A stretch of 64,000 nucleotides of DNA, taken from the NCBI GenBank assembly GCA_036444275.1, contig JAZGAD010000048.1, forward strand, positions 18,542 through 82,541. Direction: 5' to 3'. Made by a program: the position numbers and the translations under genes. The notes below the pieces were generated by a model. It ran no database searches and was not told the origin of the DNA. It was given only the letters and a program-made list of their open reading frames with translations. This DNA is from Candidatus Hydrothermarchaeales archaeon (lineage in GTDB: Archaea; Hydrothermarchaeota; Hydrothermarchaeia; Hydrothermarchaeales; JAZGAD01). This document shows positions 55,526 through 64,000 of the stretch, piece after piece (within the stretch, counting starts at the first letter, position 1; each line of letters starts with the position of its first letter).

Positions 55526-55834
55526 CTCAAAAAAGGCCTCTTTAAGCACATGCGCATCTACAAATAATGCATAATCGGGTTGCCGTCCATTATTCTCAAA
55601 AAGAAAAGTGCATTCAGGGTATTATCTCGGCTGAAAAACACGCATTTAAAACATAAGATTTATATATCATTAAGATAAGTACCTAGAGACATCAGTATAA
55701 CTATATTGGTGGTGAGTGAGTGAGGTATGATGCTGTTGCTGTGTCAGTATGTCTAGCTTCTGATAGATTTGCATTACTATCGCTACCATATATCATAGCA
55801 CCCGGTATCCAAAGGGGATAAGGAGGAGATCGAG

Positions 55835-56617
55835 ATGACTAATGGTGAAGAAGCGGGAAAAGCGGGAGGAATAAGATCTTCTAAATTAAAGCTTGCCATA
55901 ATAGTTGTAGTGGCAATAGCAATAAGCGGTGTGGGGGGAATGGAGTTTATGGAATATATGAGCAGGGACGCCACATGCGGCGCGATTTGCCACAATCACC
56001 AACCATTCTATGATAAATACCAGGGGACAGTACATCAGACGGCAGAAGTAGCGTGCGTGGGGTGCCATGAGCGGCCTGGTGCAGTGGGCTTCGTTAAGAA
56101 TCAGATAGTAAACAGTGGAAACATGTTCAAATACTATATCCTCAGGGGAAAGTACAAGAAGGATTTCGCTGTTATTATGGCAGGGACCCCCCGTGAGAGA
56201 TACATACCTCCGATGGAAACATGTACCAGAGATGGATGTCACGATGAAAGCAGATTCGTGAAGAAAGGGGTGACGCGAGGGTATGATTTCGTGGTAGCTG
56301 CTGAAGTCGGACAGCTCGTGAACGAAGAGACAAACGAGAGGAATACAGAGGGCATATTGGCTTTCCACCAGCTCCATATCCAGAGTCCAACAGAAGAATG
56401 GACAGCTGAGCCCACATGTAACGACTGCCATGGAAATGTCATGTTTGATGAGTACTTCTATGAAGACAAGGCATACCTAGATGTAGAGGATGCTGCAACC
56501 TCTGGGCCATTTCCATTGAGAGGGGGTATATATGGCGGAACACTGCAGAGGATCCCAGCTACTGTGTGCCTGGACTGCCATGACGGCGAGAGAGCCCCAG
56601 CGATCTATGGAGAATAA
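55835..56617 (+). CDS. NapC/NirT-like membrane-anchored multiheme cytochrome c
   Basis: TM followed by CGAICH, H..VACVGCH, CTRDGCH, CNDCH and CLDCH. Confidence 0.85.
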   Translation: MTNGEEAGKAGGIRSSKLKLAIIVVVAIAISGVGGMEFMEYMSRDATCGAICHNHQPFYDKYQGTVHQTAEVACVGCHERPGAVGFVKNQIVNSGNMFKYYILRGKYKKDFAVIMAGTPRERYIPPMETCTRDGCHDESRFVKKGVTRGYDFVVAAEVGQLVNEETNERNTEGILAFHQLHIQSPTEEWTAEPTCNDCHGNVMFDEYFYEDKAYLDVEDAATSGPFPLRGGIYGGTLQRIPATVCLDCHDGERAPAIYGE

Positions 56618-56651
56618 GGTGGGCCATTCCCAGGGTAGTTAAACTCAGAAA

Positions 56652-56697
56652 CCTCGGGTTGCTATCAACTCGAGGCCCCACATCTTTTTGATTTTTT
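56652..56697 (+). terminator. Hairpin plus T-tract terminator
   Basis: CCTCGGGTTG-CTAT-CAACTCGAGG followed by TTTTTGATTTTTT. Confidence 0.6.
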
Positions 56698-56805
56698 AAT
56701 TTGCCAGATTATGATATATACCCCTGCATCTGGACTCGCTAAGTCTGGAACTGAAACTGCAACCATAACCAAAAAAGTTTAAATCAAAATTCACTATTAC
56801 AAGCT

Positions 56806-57351
56806 ATGAGCTTGCTTATAGGCCAGAAGCATGCGAGAGCGTGGTTCGACTTTTTGTCCCATATATACGACCGAATCAACCCCATGATCTATACAGAGGG
56901 GATGCGTAGAGCACTATTGGAGGAGGTGGAAGACGGCAGGGTACTAGATGTTGGAGTTGGCACTGGCTACACTACAAAGCACTTGGCAAATGCAGTGGGC
57001 ATAGACCTGAATAAAAATATGCTTCGAACTGCAAAGGATAACTATAGGGGCGTTTTAGTCCTTGGAGACGCTGCAAATCCGCCCTTCAAGGATGGGAGCT
57101 TCAGCACGGTGATCAGTGCTGGCTCTCTATACTATTTCCCATCGCCGGAGGATGCAGTTAAGCAGTTCCATGATTTGCTCAGGGACGAGGGGGTATTACT
57201 GACGATAACGCCCAGCTGGCGGGCACTCAAGATATTCGTGCATATCTTCAGCAAAAGGGATATGGAAAATCTTTTTAAATCCGCTGGATTCAAGCTTGAG
57301 GAGATAGAGAACATGCGGAGGATAGCGTATTTCTGCAAGGGCAGGAAATAA
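56806..57351 (+). CDS. Class I SAM-dependent methyltransferase (UbiE/MenG-like)
   Basis: VLDVGVGTG, GIDL...ML and GDA..PPF.DGSF motifs. Confidence 0.88.
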   Translation: MSLLIGQKHARAWFDFLSHIYDRINPMIYTEGMRRALLEEVEDGRVLDVGVGTGYTTKHLANAVGIDLNKNMLRTAKDNYRGVLVLGDAANPPFKDGSFSTVISAGSLYYFPSPEDAVKQFHDLLRDEGVLLTITPSWRALKIFVHIFSKRDMENLFKSAGFKLEEIENMRRIAYFCKGRK

Positions 57352-57457
57352 GAATCGGATGGTATAAGATTTTTTATAAGTTAGATGAATTGTTTGAAGG
57401 TAGTGAGCAATAAGGGGCCCCTATTAGTTTGATCGCGAATCCTCGATATCCGCCAAA

Positions 57458-57946
57458 TCAGCTCAAATTCAGCTCTTTTGCGACCCCGTCCTCTAGCCAG
57501 TACTTGATCCTCTTCATCTTGATTTTCACGAAATACCTCGTCCAGGGAAAGATGCTATAATATATGTGTGGGTGTCTGTGATAGGTTTTCGCGAACTTGA
57601 ACATCCTAAAGTCAAAGTACATCTCTGATTTTTCTACCAGAGCCCTTCTCAGATTCTTGAAGTGCTTCAGCAAAGCGAGTAAACCTGTCTCCATCGTTAG
57701 GATTTCGCCCCAAACTATGAATCCCCTACCATTCTTCTTCATGTGTTCCAGGTTTGCGAAGCAGACATTCCTATTTGCAAGCATGTTCTTTATCCTCCTA
57801 GTGCCACCGGCAGGCGTCACCCAGAAGACGTCGCCGCCTAGATAATACCAATTCATGGGCGTCATATGCGGCGTGCCATCGCTGGTGGCGAATACTATTG
57901 GGTTCTGGATCTCTGAGAACATCTTACCCAGCTCTTCAGGGATCAC
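57458..57946 (-). CDS. Pyridoxamine 5'-phosphate oxidase-like (flavin split-barrel) protein
   Basis: FATSDGTPH.TP, RRIKNM.AN.NVC motifs. Confidence 0.7.
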   Translation of the reverse strand: MIPEELGKMFSEIQNPIVFATSDGTPHMTPMNWYYLGGDVFWVTPAGGTRRIKNMLANRNVCFANLEHMKKNGRGFIVWGEILTMETGLLALLKHFKNLRRALVEKSEMYFDFRMFKFAKTYHRHPHIYYSIFPWTRYFVKIKMKRIKYWLEDGVAKELNLS

Positions 57947-58281
57947 CTCCTATTCCACCTCCTCACGATCTTTTCTGGGTATTCCTCTACGTCGAAAGAG
58001 AACGTCCAGAAAATCTTGTTCGGTGCTAGTTCATAGCCGTCGCCTTCAAGCTTCTTAGCTAACACGCCCTGGACCTGTGCCATCTCTGATTTTTCACTGA
58101 ACCATTCATTTGCAAAAACCAAGCATACGCCGCCCTCTGGAAGATTTTCCCCCGTTATCTTGATTGAATCTTTTGAGACTTCGAAGTCCACGATGTCAAT
58201 ATTCGGCTTACTACCATTGACAGAAGCCAGAAAGCCGACCTCGAACTTCTTGGAATAGTCTACAAAATCCTCTGGGAGCAT
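57943..58281 (-). CDS. Small split-barrel-like hypothetical protein
   Basis: GFLASVNGSKPNI, VCLVF, QVQG; overlaps the next gene. Confidence 0.6.
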   Translation of the reverse strand: MLPEDFVDYSKKFEVGFLASVNGSKPNIDIVDFEVSKDSIKITGENLPEGGVCLVFANEWFSEKSEMAQVQGVLAKKLEGDGYELAPNKIFWTFSFDVEEYPEKIVRRWNRR

Positions 58282-58442
58282 AGTATAGTTGGGGATTCTG
58301 AAGAAACTTTATAAACTTAACGTCCCCAATGCTTGTGGACGATCTTTTCTATGTCCTCCTCTTTTATTCCTTTCTTTTTGGCGAATTCAGCGCCCCCACC
58401 CCCACAAGAGCTTCAAAGGCCTCCAGAGTAGATGGGAGGATA

Positions 58443-58943
58443 TCACAAACCCATAGCGTGCCGCAATAGATCAGTCATTTTTTTAACATCTTTTAATGGA
58501 TGCAGCACAGGTATTTCTATATCAGCGGCTCTGAAATTATCAGGCGAAAGCGTGGATATGCATAAGGTATTAGAAAGCTTTTTAACGTCGCTAGGGCGTC
58601 TCGCCGCAAAGATCTTGGGCATCTCTTTTTTAGGATTGCCTTCTACTAGTATTATATCCAGTTCCTGTACAGCTAAAAACTGCAGTGCCTCCTCGAATCT
58701 AGAGCCATTTATCCTCTTTATCACAGCCACCTCACGAGGCGCGGCTACTACAACGATCTTTGCACCAGCCTCTGCATGCCTCCAGCTGTCTTTTTCAGCA
58801 GTGTCTATCGAGAACCCCTCTTCGTGTATCTGCTTTATTGTGCCAACTCTATAGCCGCGGGCACTCAACTCCTTAGTAAGCGCCTCGACTGTCGTAGTTT
58901 TCCCTGATTCCCTTCCGGCTCCTATAACCGCTGCGATCTTCAT
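58443..58943 (-). CDS. mobB: Molybdopterin-guanine dinucleotide biosynthesis protein B
   Basis: SGKTT, GYRVGTIK, D..EKDSWRH..AGA and DIILVEG motifs. Confidence 0.9.
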   Translation of the reverse strand: MKIAAVIGAGRESGKTTTVEALTKELSARGYRVGTIKQIHEEGFSIDTAEKDSWRHAEAGAKIVVVAAPREVAVIKRINGSRFEEALQFLAVQELDIILVEGNPKKEMPKIFAARRPSDVKKLSNTLCISTLSPDNFRAADIEIPVLHPLKDVKKMTDLLRHAMGL

Positions 58944-59043
58944 GTCTAAGGCATTGCGCTAGTGGTATATATCTTTATCTTTATCTCCCTCTTCCTCCCT
59001 CCAAGCTAGAATCACATTGAGCTAGAGCTAGCTGTGATAATTC

Positions 59044-59454
59044 TCACCGGACTATTATCTCCCCGTCCTTCGCTATTGCCACCTCTAACCTCGTCAATAC
59101 CTCTCTACCCCTAACTCTCTTCTTGGCTTTCTCTTGAATGATACTAGCTAAGGATGTGAAGTTATGGGAAACTCTAATGCCCTCTGAGTCTGCCCTGTGG
59201 TATATTTCCTTTACACTGTCATTTAGATCAGACCCGGGCTCTATACTAAGCCAGATAGGAGCCTCTATCATCTTCAACATGTCTAAGGTATTCCTCGCCC
59301 GCTCTATATTCCCGCGTGCCACCTTCTCAGTGGCCGAGATATTCGCCCTACTCGTACCAAGCATTCTCGCTATCTCGGTCTGGGAATGGCCCTCTTTCCT
59401 AAGCCTCAGAATCTGGATCTGCCTCTCTGTGAGGAAGGATTCCCTTCTCGCCAT
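59044..59454 (-). CDS. tfx: Tfx family DNA-binding protein
   Basis: SFLTERQ..IL.LR..G.SQ.EIA..LGTSRANIS..E..A..NIERA.NT. Confidence 0.9.
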   Translation of the reverse strand: MARRESFLTERQIQILRLRKEGHSQTEIARMLGTSRANISATEKVARGNIERARNTLDMLKMIEAPIWLSIEPGSDLNDSVKEIYHRADSEGIRVSHNFTSLASIIQEKAKKRVRGREVLTRLEVAIAKDGEIIVR

Positions 59455-59610
59455 TTTATGTAGATTTGAGTCAAAGGGATATATGGTTTTTTTGATTTAC
59501 TTCCCTCATACTGCTTTCCAAGGGTATCTATCCTTACAGAAATTTTAAATTAGAGGAAAACGAATTACAGGTGCGCCCAGCTGATGCTGAGATGATAGGA
59601 GAGATGAAGA

Positions 59611-59685
59611 GGGCCCGTAGCTTAGTTTGGTTAGAGCGCCCGGCTCATAACCGGGCGGCCGTGGGTTCAAATCCCCCCGGGCCCA
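59611..59685 (+). tRNA. tRNA-Ile2(CAT), agmatidine type
   Basis: GGGCCCG acceptor stem, CCCGG-CT-CAT-AA-CCGGG arm, GGTTCAAATCC; acceptor fits archaeal Ile2 rather than initiator Met. Confidence 0.88.
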
Positions 59686-59855
59686 TATCTCAACACCTTC
59701 TAGTTAAGTTTTTGCTTCTTGCTAAATCAAAACAACCATGGAGTCTTGGAAGAAAGGGATATACTGGACTATACACTATCTACTATGGATTAACTACCTA
59801 GACCATTGAAATCGGAATTTATTTATATTGCCTTTGCCTTAACGAGAATTAAGAC

Positions 59856-60239
59856 ATGTCTAAGATACTAATCGTCGATGATGAGCCGGACGTAGCTGAT
59901 CTCCTAGCCACGGTTTTGAAGAAGGAGGGCTACGAGGTTAAGGAGTGCCATAGCGGCCGAGAAGCATTGGAGGAGATAGATAAAGAAAAGCCTGATCTAG
60001 TGCTCTTAGATGTTATGATGCCAGAGCTGGATGGCTGGGAGGTATGCAAGCGCCTTAAAGAGAGCGAAAAGACTAAGGACTTACTCGTTGCTATGCTCAC
60101 CGTTAAGAGCAGCTACAAGGATATGGTTAAGAGCCTAAAGGACGCCGGAGCCAACTGGCATATCTCGAAGCCCATACGCAGAGACGAATTCGTGAAGACC
60201 GTGGGGTGGCTCCTCTCCAAAGGACGTGCCTCCAAATGA
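59856..60239 (+). CDS. Stand-alone response regulator receiver domain
   Basis: ILIVDDE, DLVLLDVMMP.LDG, MLT and SKP motifs. Confidence 0.93.
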   Translation: MSKILIVDDEPDVADLLATVLKKEGYEVKECHSGREALEEIDKEKPDLVLLDVMMPELDGWEVCKRLKESEKTKDLLVAMLTVKSSYKDMVKSLKDAGANWHISKPIRRDEFVKTVGWLLSKGRASK

Positions 60240-60319
60240 AGACCGATAGATACCAAGGAACCTTACACTCTAGCGGCTTCCTTATAGATTAGATTAATAG
60301 ATGAGACTATTCAAGGGAT

Positions 60320-61792
60320 ATGATGTCTTCTTTCAATTCGAGAAAAGGCAGGCGTAAAGTAAGAGTCGCATGTGGAATCACGCTTCTTTTGCTAGTTTTA
60401 CTGCTCCCGCCAATATATGCTAAGCCACAGCCGAGAGTGGAATGGACCCTGAAAACGAGTGACGATGTCACGGGCGTTGCTATTTCCCCTGATGGAAACT
60501 ATGTAGCTGCCGTCTCTAAGGATGGCTACGTATACATGGCAAATCATACCGGGGATACGGTATGGAAGGTAAAACTCGACTACCCTGCACTCAGCGTTGC
60601 TATATCCTCCAAGGGAGAGTTCGTTGCTGCCGGAGACGAATTCATGGTGCACTTATTCAATAAGACAGGAGGTAGGCTGTGGGATGAAGGAAGACTTATA
60701 GGGGACTACGTAAGAGGAATTGCTATCTCAGCTCGAGGCGAACGCATAGCCGCTGGGTCCGCTAATCGCATGGTTTATCTTTTTAATAATTCAGGCCACA
60801 AGAAATGGAGGTATAACACGGATTCAGCAGTGCAGGGCGTGGGGATATCCTCTAACGGTGAGTATGTGGCAGCTGGCACGTCGATAGGCAATATCTACCT
60901 CATAAAAGATGGTGAGTTGGTATGGCAGGGTAGCATTGGCAGATTTGTAACCGACATGGCCTTGTCTGGGCAGAAGGCGTTGATCGGCTCTAGGTTCGTC
61001 ATTGCCATGGCGGACGGAGATGCAGCATGGAAGTATTATCCTAACTATGAGGTACTGGGCATTGGAGTCTCATGGGCAGAGGGAAAAGTCGCAGTTGGTA
61101 CCGAAGACGGCACAGTATATGTCCTGGATAAGGATGGGAAAGATATTTGGAAATATAAGGCAGACGCAAGTGTTGCAGACGCTGCCATCTCTGATGACGA
61201 AAAGATAGCTATTGGATTCGGTAGGAAAGTCCTCTTAATTTCTCCGCCTGACCAAACTCCGCCTGAGGTACGGATTAGTAGTCCTGAGAACAACAGCAAA
61301 ATCTCTGGAGTGGTCTCGATAAACGCTACCATCAACGAGGAGCTAGATATCCTTCAAGTGTTGATAGATAACAACTTTGCGTGCGCCTCTCTGCCCTGCA
61401 ACTGGGATACGAGTGCCTCTCCTACCGGCAAACATATCATAACTGTGCGGGGCGTGGACAAGAGCGAGAACGTGGGCGAAGAAAGCGTAGTGGTGACAGT
61501 CGCAAGGGTAAAACTGCCTTCTGTTGAAGAAGTGCAAAAGAAAATCGAGAACATAACAGAAACGCCTTTTGTTGAAGAACTGCAAGAGAAAATTGCGAAT
61601 ATAACCGAGAAGGTGAACATATCTATTGGGGAAAACTACTCAGAGGTTTTGCTTCCTGTCATCAAGAAGAAGCGGAGGATCGAGTTCGAATACTCTCTCC
61701 TTTGGGTGTTAGCAGCGGTTTTGATAGTTGGTATATACCTTAAAATAAAAACACGGAAGAAAGGAAAGGGCTATCGGTGGAAACGACGGTGA
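60320..61792 (+). CDS. Surface protein: WD40/PQQ-like beta-propeller, Ig-like domain, C-terminal TM anchor
   Basis: Repeated VAIS.DG.YVAAG..D..VY...G...W; DQTPPEV.I.SP, WDT...G.H.ITV...D..NV; C-terminal TM with basic tail. Confidence 0.85.
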   Translation: MMSSFNSRKGRRKVRVACGITLLLLVLLLPPIYAKPQPRVEWTLKTSDDVTGVAISPDGNYVAAVSKDGYVYMANHTGDTVWKVKLDYPALSVAISSKGEFVAAGDEFMVHLFNKTGGRLWDEGRLIGDYVRGIAISARGERIAAGSANRMVYLFNNSGHKKWRYNTDSAVQGVGISSNGEYVAAGTSIGNIYLIKDGELVWQGSIGRFVTDMALSGQKALIGSRFVIAMADGDAAWKYYPNYEVLGIGVSWAEGKVAVGTEDGTVYVLDKDGKDIWKYKADASVADAAISDDEKIAIGFGRKVLLISPPDQTPPEVRISSPENNSKISGVVSINATINEELDILQVLIDNNFACASLPCNWDTSASPTGKHIITVRGVDKSENVGEESVVVTVARVKLPSVEEVQKKIENITETPFVEELQEKIANITEKVNISIGENYSEVLLPVIKKKRRIEFEYSLLWVLAAVLIVGIYLKIKTRKKGKGYRWKRR

Positions 61793-61968
61793 TTTACTTA
61801 GGTATGCATATGCCTTTCACGAGTCCTTAAATTAAATTCTCAACTAATCTGGCCAAATACCATAGATTCTTATAAGAATTTTCTGTTTTTTTGATGAAGG
61901 CACTCCGCATATCGATTTCCAAATCCCATGCTTCACCCTTCAACATCCTAGACTCAAGTGATTCAACT

Positions 61969-62292
61969 TCATAGGATTTCTTCCAAGTCGTTCAATAGAA
62001 TAATAACCCGCTTCCCTTTCTTTGTCAGGGAGTAGGAAACGCCTGGCGGTCTCAAGTGCAGTATTTTTCGTTTGATTAATTCGAGTTCCTCTAGTTCCCG
62101 CAACCTCCTAGCGAAGGTCTCCCTACTCTCCACGAAGTTCTGATTCAGAATCTTATTGTGCCTCGCCTCCCCTACCGTGTCTAGGAATCTAAGTATCTCC
62201 ACGCTGCCAACTTTGAAGAAATTTCTAAATACAGACACAGAAAGGTCCTCCAGAACAATATATCCGGGAATAGTAAAAGTTATAAAGAACAA
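61969..62292 (-). CDS. HxlR family winged-helix regulator
   Basis: TFARRLRELEEL.LI.R....PP.VSYSLT.KG; start uncertain. Confidence 0.8.
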   Translation of the reverse strand: MFFITFTIPGYIVLEDLSVSVFRNFFKVGSVEILRFLDTVGEARHNKILNQNFVESRETFARRLRELEELELIKRKILHLRPPGVSYSLTKKGKRVIILLNDLEEIL

Positions 62293-62450
62293 GCTTGATT
62301 AATCGTACCTATAACTATCAATTGTATGGTTAAAGTGGGAGCGTAAAAGCAAGGAGAGGGACTAGATGGCCAAAAAGAAAACTATTATCCCCGGTGGGGG
62401 GAGCTTAGGAGAGATAAAAAAACTAGTAGAAGGTTCAGGGGTGGAGGAAG

Positions 62451-62579
62451 ATGAAAAAGATCCTCCTTTCTACAGGGATCACTACTCTGGATTCCCTCTT
62501 AGATATGATCAAACTAGGAGACAACATCGTCTGGCACGTTCCATCCCTGACCTGCCATAAAGGTGACGGGTGTGGCTGA
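62451..62579 (+). pseudogene. Truncated N-terminus of a RecA/KaiC-like ATPase-fold protein
   Basis: MKKILLSTGITTLDSLLDMIKLGDNIVW after a GGAGG RBS, ending after 42 aa. Confidence 0.55.
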
Positions 62580-64000
62580 AACTAAGCTTTTGATTATAGA
62601 CGACGACCAGGGAACACGGGAGACCCTACTCGATATACTCTCAGAGAAGGGCTACAACGTTGCCACAGCCAGTACGGGACGTGAAGCTATTGATAAGGCA
62701 AAGAAGACGACCTTCAATGCCGCCCTGATTGATATTAAGCTCCTGGACATGGATGGGGCAGAGCTTTTAAGGAAATTCAAAAAAGGCTATCCAGAGATGG
62801 TGTGCATTATCATCACCGGGCATGCCACCATCAAAAACGCGATTGATGCCTTAAAGGACGGCGCCAACGGATACTTCATTAAGCCACTGGTCATTGAGGA
62901 AGTGATCCACCGGTTGGAGGAGGCGTTAGATAAACAGCGCCTAGAACGGGAGCGAAAGCAAATGGGGGGGGAGCTAAGAAAGAGCGAGAAGCAACTGGAA
63001 CAAAAGGTCAAAGAAAGGACCCGAGAATTAAAGACTGCCAACACAGAACTGCTCCTTTTGAAGCGAATTAACGAGATGCTAAATAGAGGGACACCATTGG
63101 AGGAGGTGTTTCAGACAATCGTAGATGGGCTGGCACAGGTATTTGGCTACGACCTCACTGCAATACACATCCTAGACGAAGAGAAAAAACACTTAGTACT
63201 CAAGGCCTATTATGCGCCTTCTAAAATAGCCAAAAAAATCGATGCTGTGATGGGAGTAAAAGCCAGAGACCTCGTAATCCCGCTCTACAAGGGGGGCATC
63301 CTGAATAAGATTGTTAAAAAGAAGAAGGCAGCGATCACCCCAAATATCTCTTGGGTGGTTAGGAGTTATACAGACAAGAAAGCCCTGCAGGCACTCGCTC
63401 CAGCTATAGTCAAGCTCTCCGGGGTGAAATGGGGGATGGGAGTGCCCCTCATAGTCGACGACGAAGTGACTGGAGTGATAGGATGCGGCAGGAAGAAAGA
63501 ACTGACAGAAGAAGACGCTGATAGACTTGCCCTCTTCAGGAATGAAGTGTCATTAGCAATTAAGAATGCTCAACTGGACAAGGAATTGCAAAAAAGGGCC
63601 GGGGAATTATCTGAGTTGAAGGAGTTCAACGAGGACATAGTTCAGCGGATGGACGAAGGCATAATGATGCTGGACCCAGAAGGATACATAACATTCGCCA
63701 ACCCCAGGTGCGAGAGAATGCTCGGATACTCAAGAGACGAACTCGTAGGAAAGCCCTGGACCAAACTACTCGCAAAAGACTACGCCAAAAAAGCGAACAC
63801 TGAAGCAACTAAGTGGATCAAGGGGGAGAAGACCAGATTCGAATGCGCCTTAACCTCAGACTATGGAATCGAAATACCCGTCATGATAAGCGCCACCCCC
63901 TTCCAGGAGGACGAAAGCGTCACGAGCATCCTGTTAGTCCTCGTCGACATAACAGAGAGCAAAGCAAGGGAGACGAAGATCAAAGAAGAGATGCTCAAAT
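62572..64000 (+). CDS. Receiver-GAF-PAS signalling protein, truncated by the window end
   Basis: GTG start after AGGTGA; LLIIDDD, LIDIKL.DMDG, ITGH, IKP; GAF (GVPL); PAS (EGIMMLD.EG.ITFAN..ERMLGYS.DELVG); open to 64000. Confidence 0.9.
   Translation, partial: MAETKLLIIDDDQGTRETLLDILSEKGYNVATASTGREAIDKAKKTTFNAALIDIKLLDMDGAELLRKFKKGYPEMVCIIITGHATIKNAIDALKDGANGYFIKPLVIEEVIHRLEEALDKQRLERERKQMGGELRKSEKQLEQKVKERTRELKTANTELLLLKRINEMLNRGTPLEEVFQTIVDGLAQVFGYDLTAIHILDEEKKHLVLKAYYAPSKIAKKIDAVMGVKARDLVIPLYKGGILNKIVKKKKAAITPNISWVVRSYTDKKALQALAPAIVKLSGVKWGMGVPLIVDDEVTGVIGCGRKKELTEEDADRLALFRNEVSLAIKNAQLDKELQKRAGELSELKEFNEDIVQRMDEGIMMLDPEGYITFANPRCERMLGYSRDELVGKPWTKLLAKDYAKKANTEATKWIKGEKTRFECALTSDYGIEIPVMISATPFQEDESVTSILLVLVDITESKARETKIKEEMLK

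Noticed and set aside
59571-59801. 76-aa ORF; also a tRNA-Met assignment
   Set aside because: The ORF overlaps a clear tRNA, and the GGGCCC acceptor stem fits archaeal Ile2 better than initiator or elongator Met.

Overview
Archaeal (Euryarchaeota-like) chromosomal window. Hydrothermarchaeota-like gene content is a guess. Energy metabolism dominates. 0.4-12.2 kb holds an F420H2-dehydrogenase/complex I-like (fpo) operon. It is unusual in three ways: FpoI is fused to a polyferredoxin and an FpoF/FrhB domain; the fpoL slot is occupied by a grafted piece of an mrp operon (deletion-scar minigene, small His-rich protein, MrpD-type subunit carrying an FpoL tail with 25-26 aa repeats); and FpoN has Lys-to-Glu changes at two core positions. 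Next come acr3 between duplicated flanks, a TPR/GT-C glycosyltransferase, and a minus-strand Mrp/Mbh-type antiporter operon (17.2-26.8 kb) with four large antiporter subunits and His-rich membrane accessory genes. At 27.8-30.8 kb, next to tRNA-Glu and tRNA-Gly, is a compact cassette: a caspase/CHAT-like protease, an unannotated 39-aa signal-peptide-like precursor ending GGGSYGP, and a TbsP-like HTH regulator. This is a candidate archaeal peptide-signalling system. The rest holds arginine/ornithine genes, two TA pairs (one between 32-bp direct repeats), an IS1 remnant, a respiratory cluster (HdrA/MvhD-like polyferredoxin, three c-type cytochromes, TtrA/B-clade molybdoenzyme without a TtrC anchor, TorD, MobB), two radical SAM enzymes, an orphan truncated tail-sheath gene, tRNA-Ile2(CAT) and signalling genes. 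All calls come from motif recognition by eye; no database searches were run.
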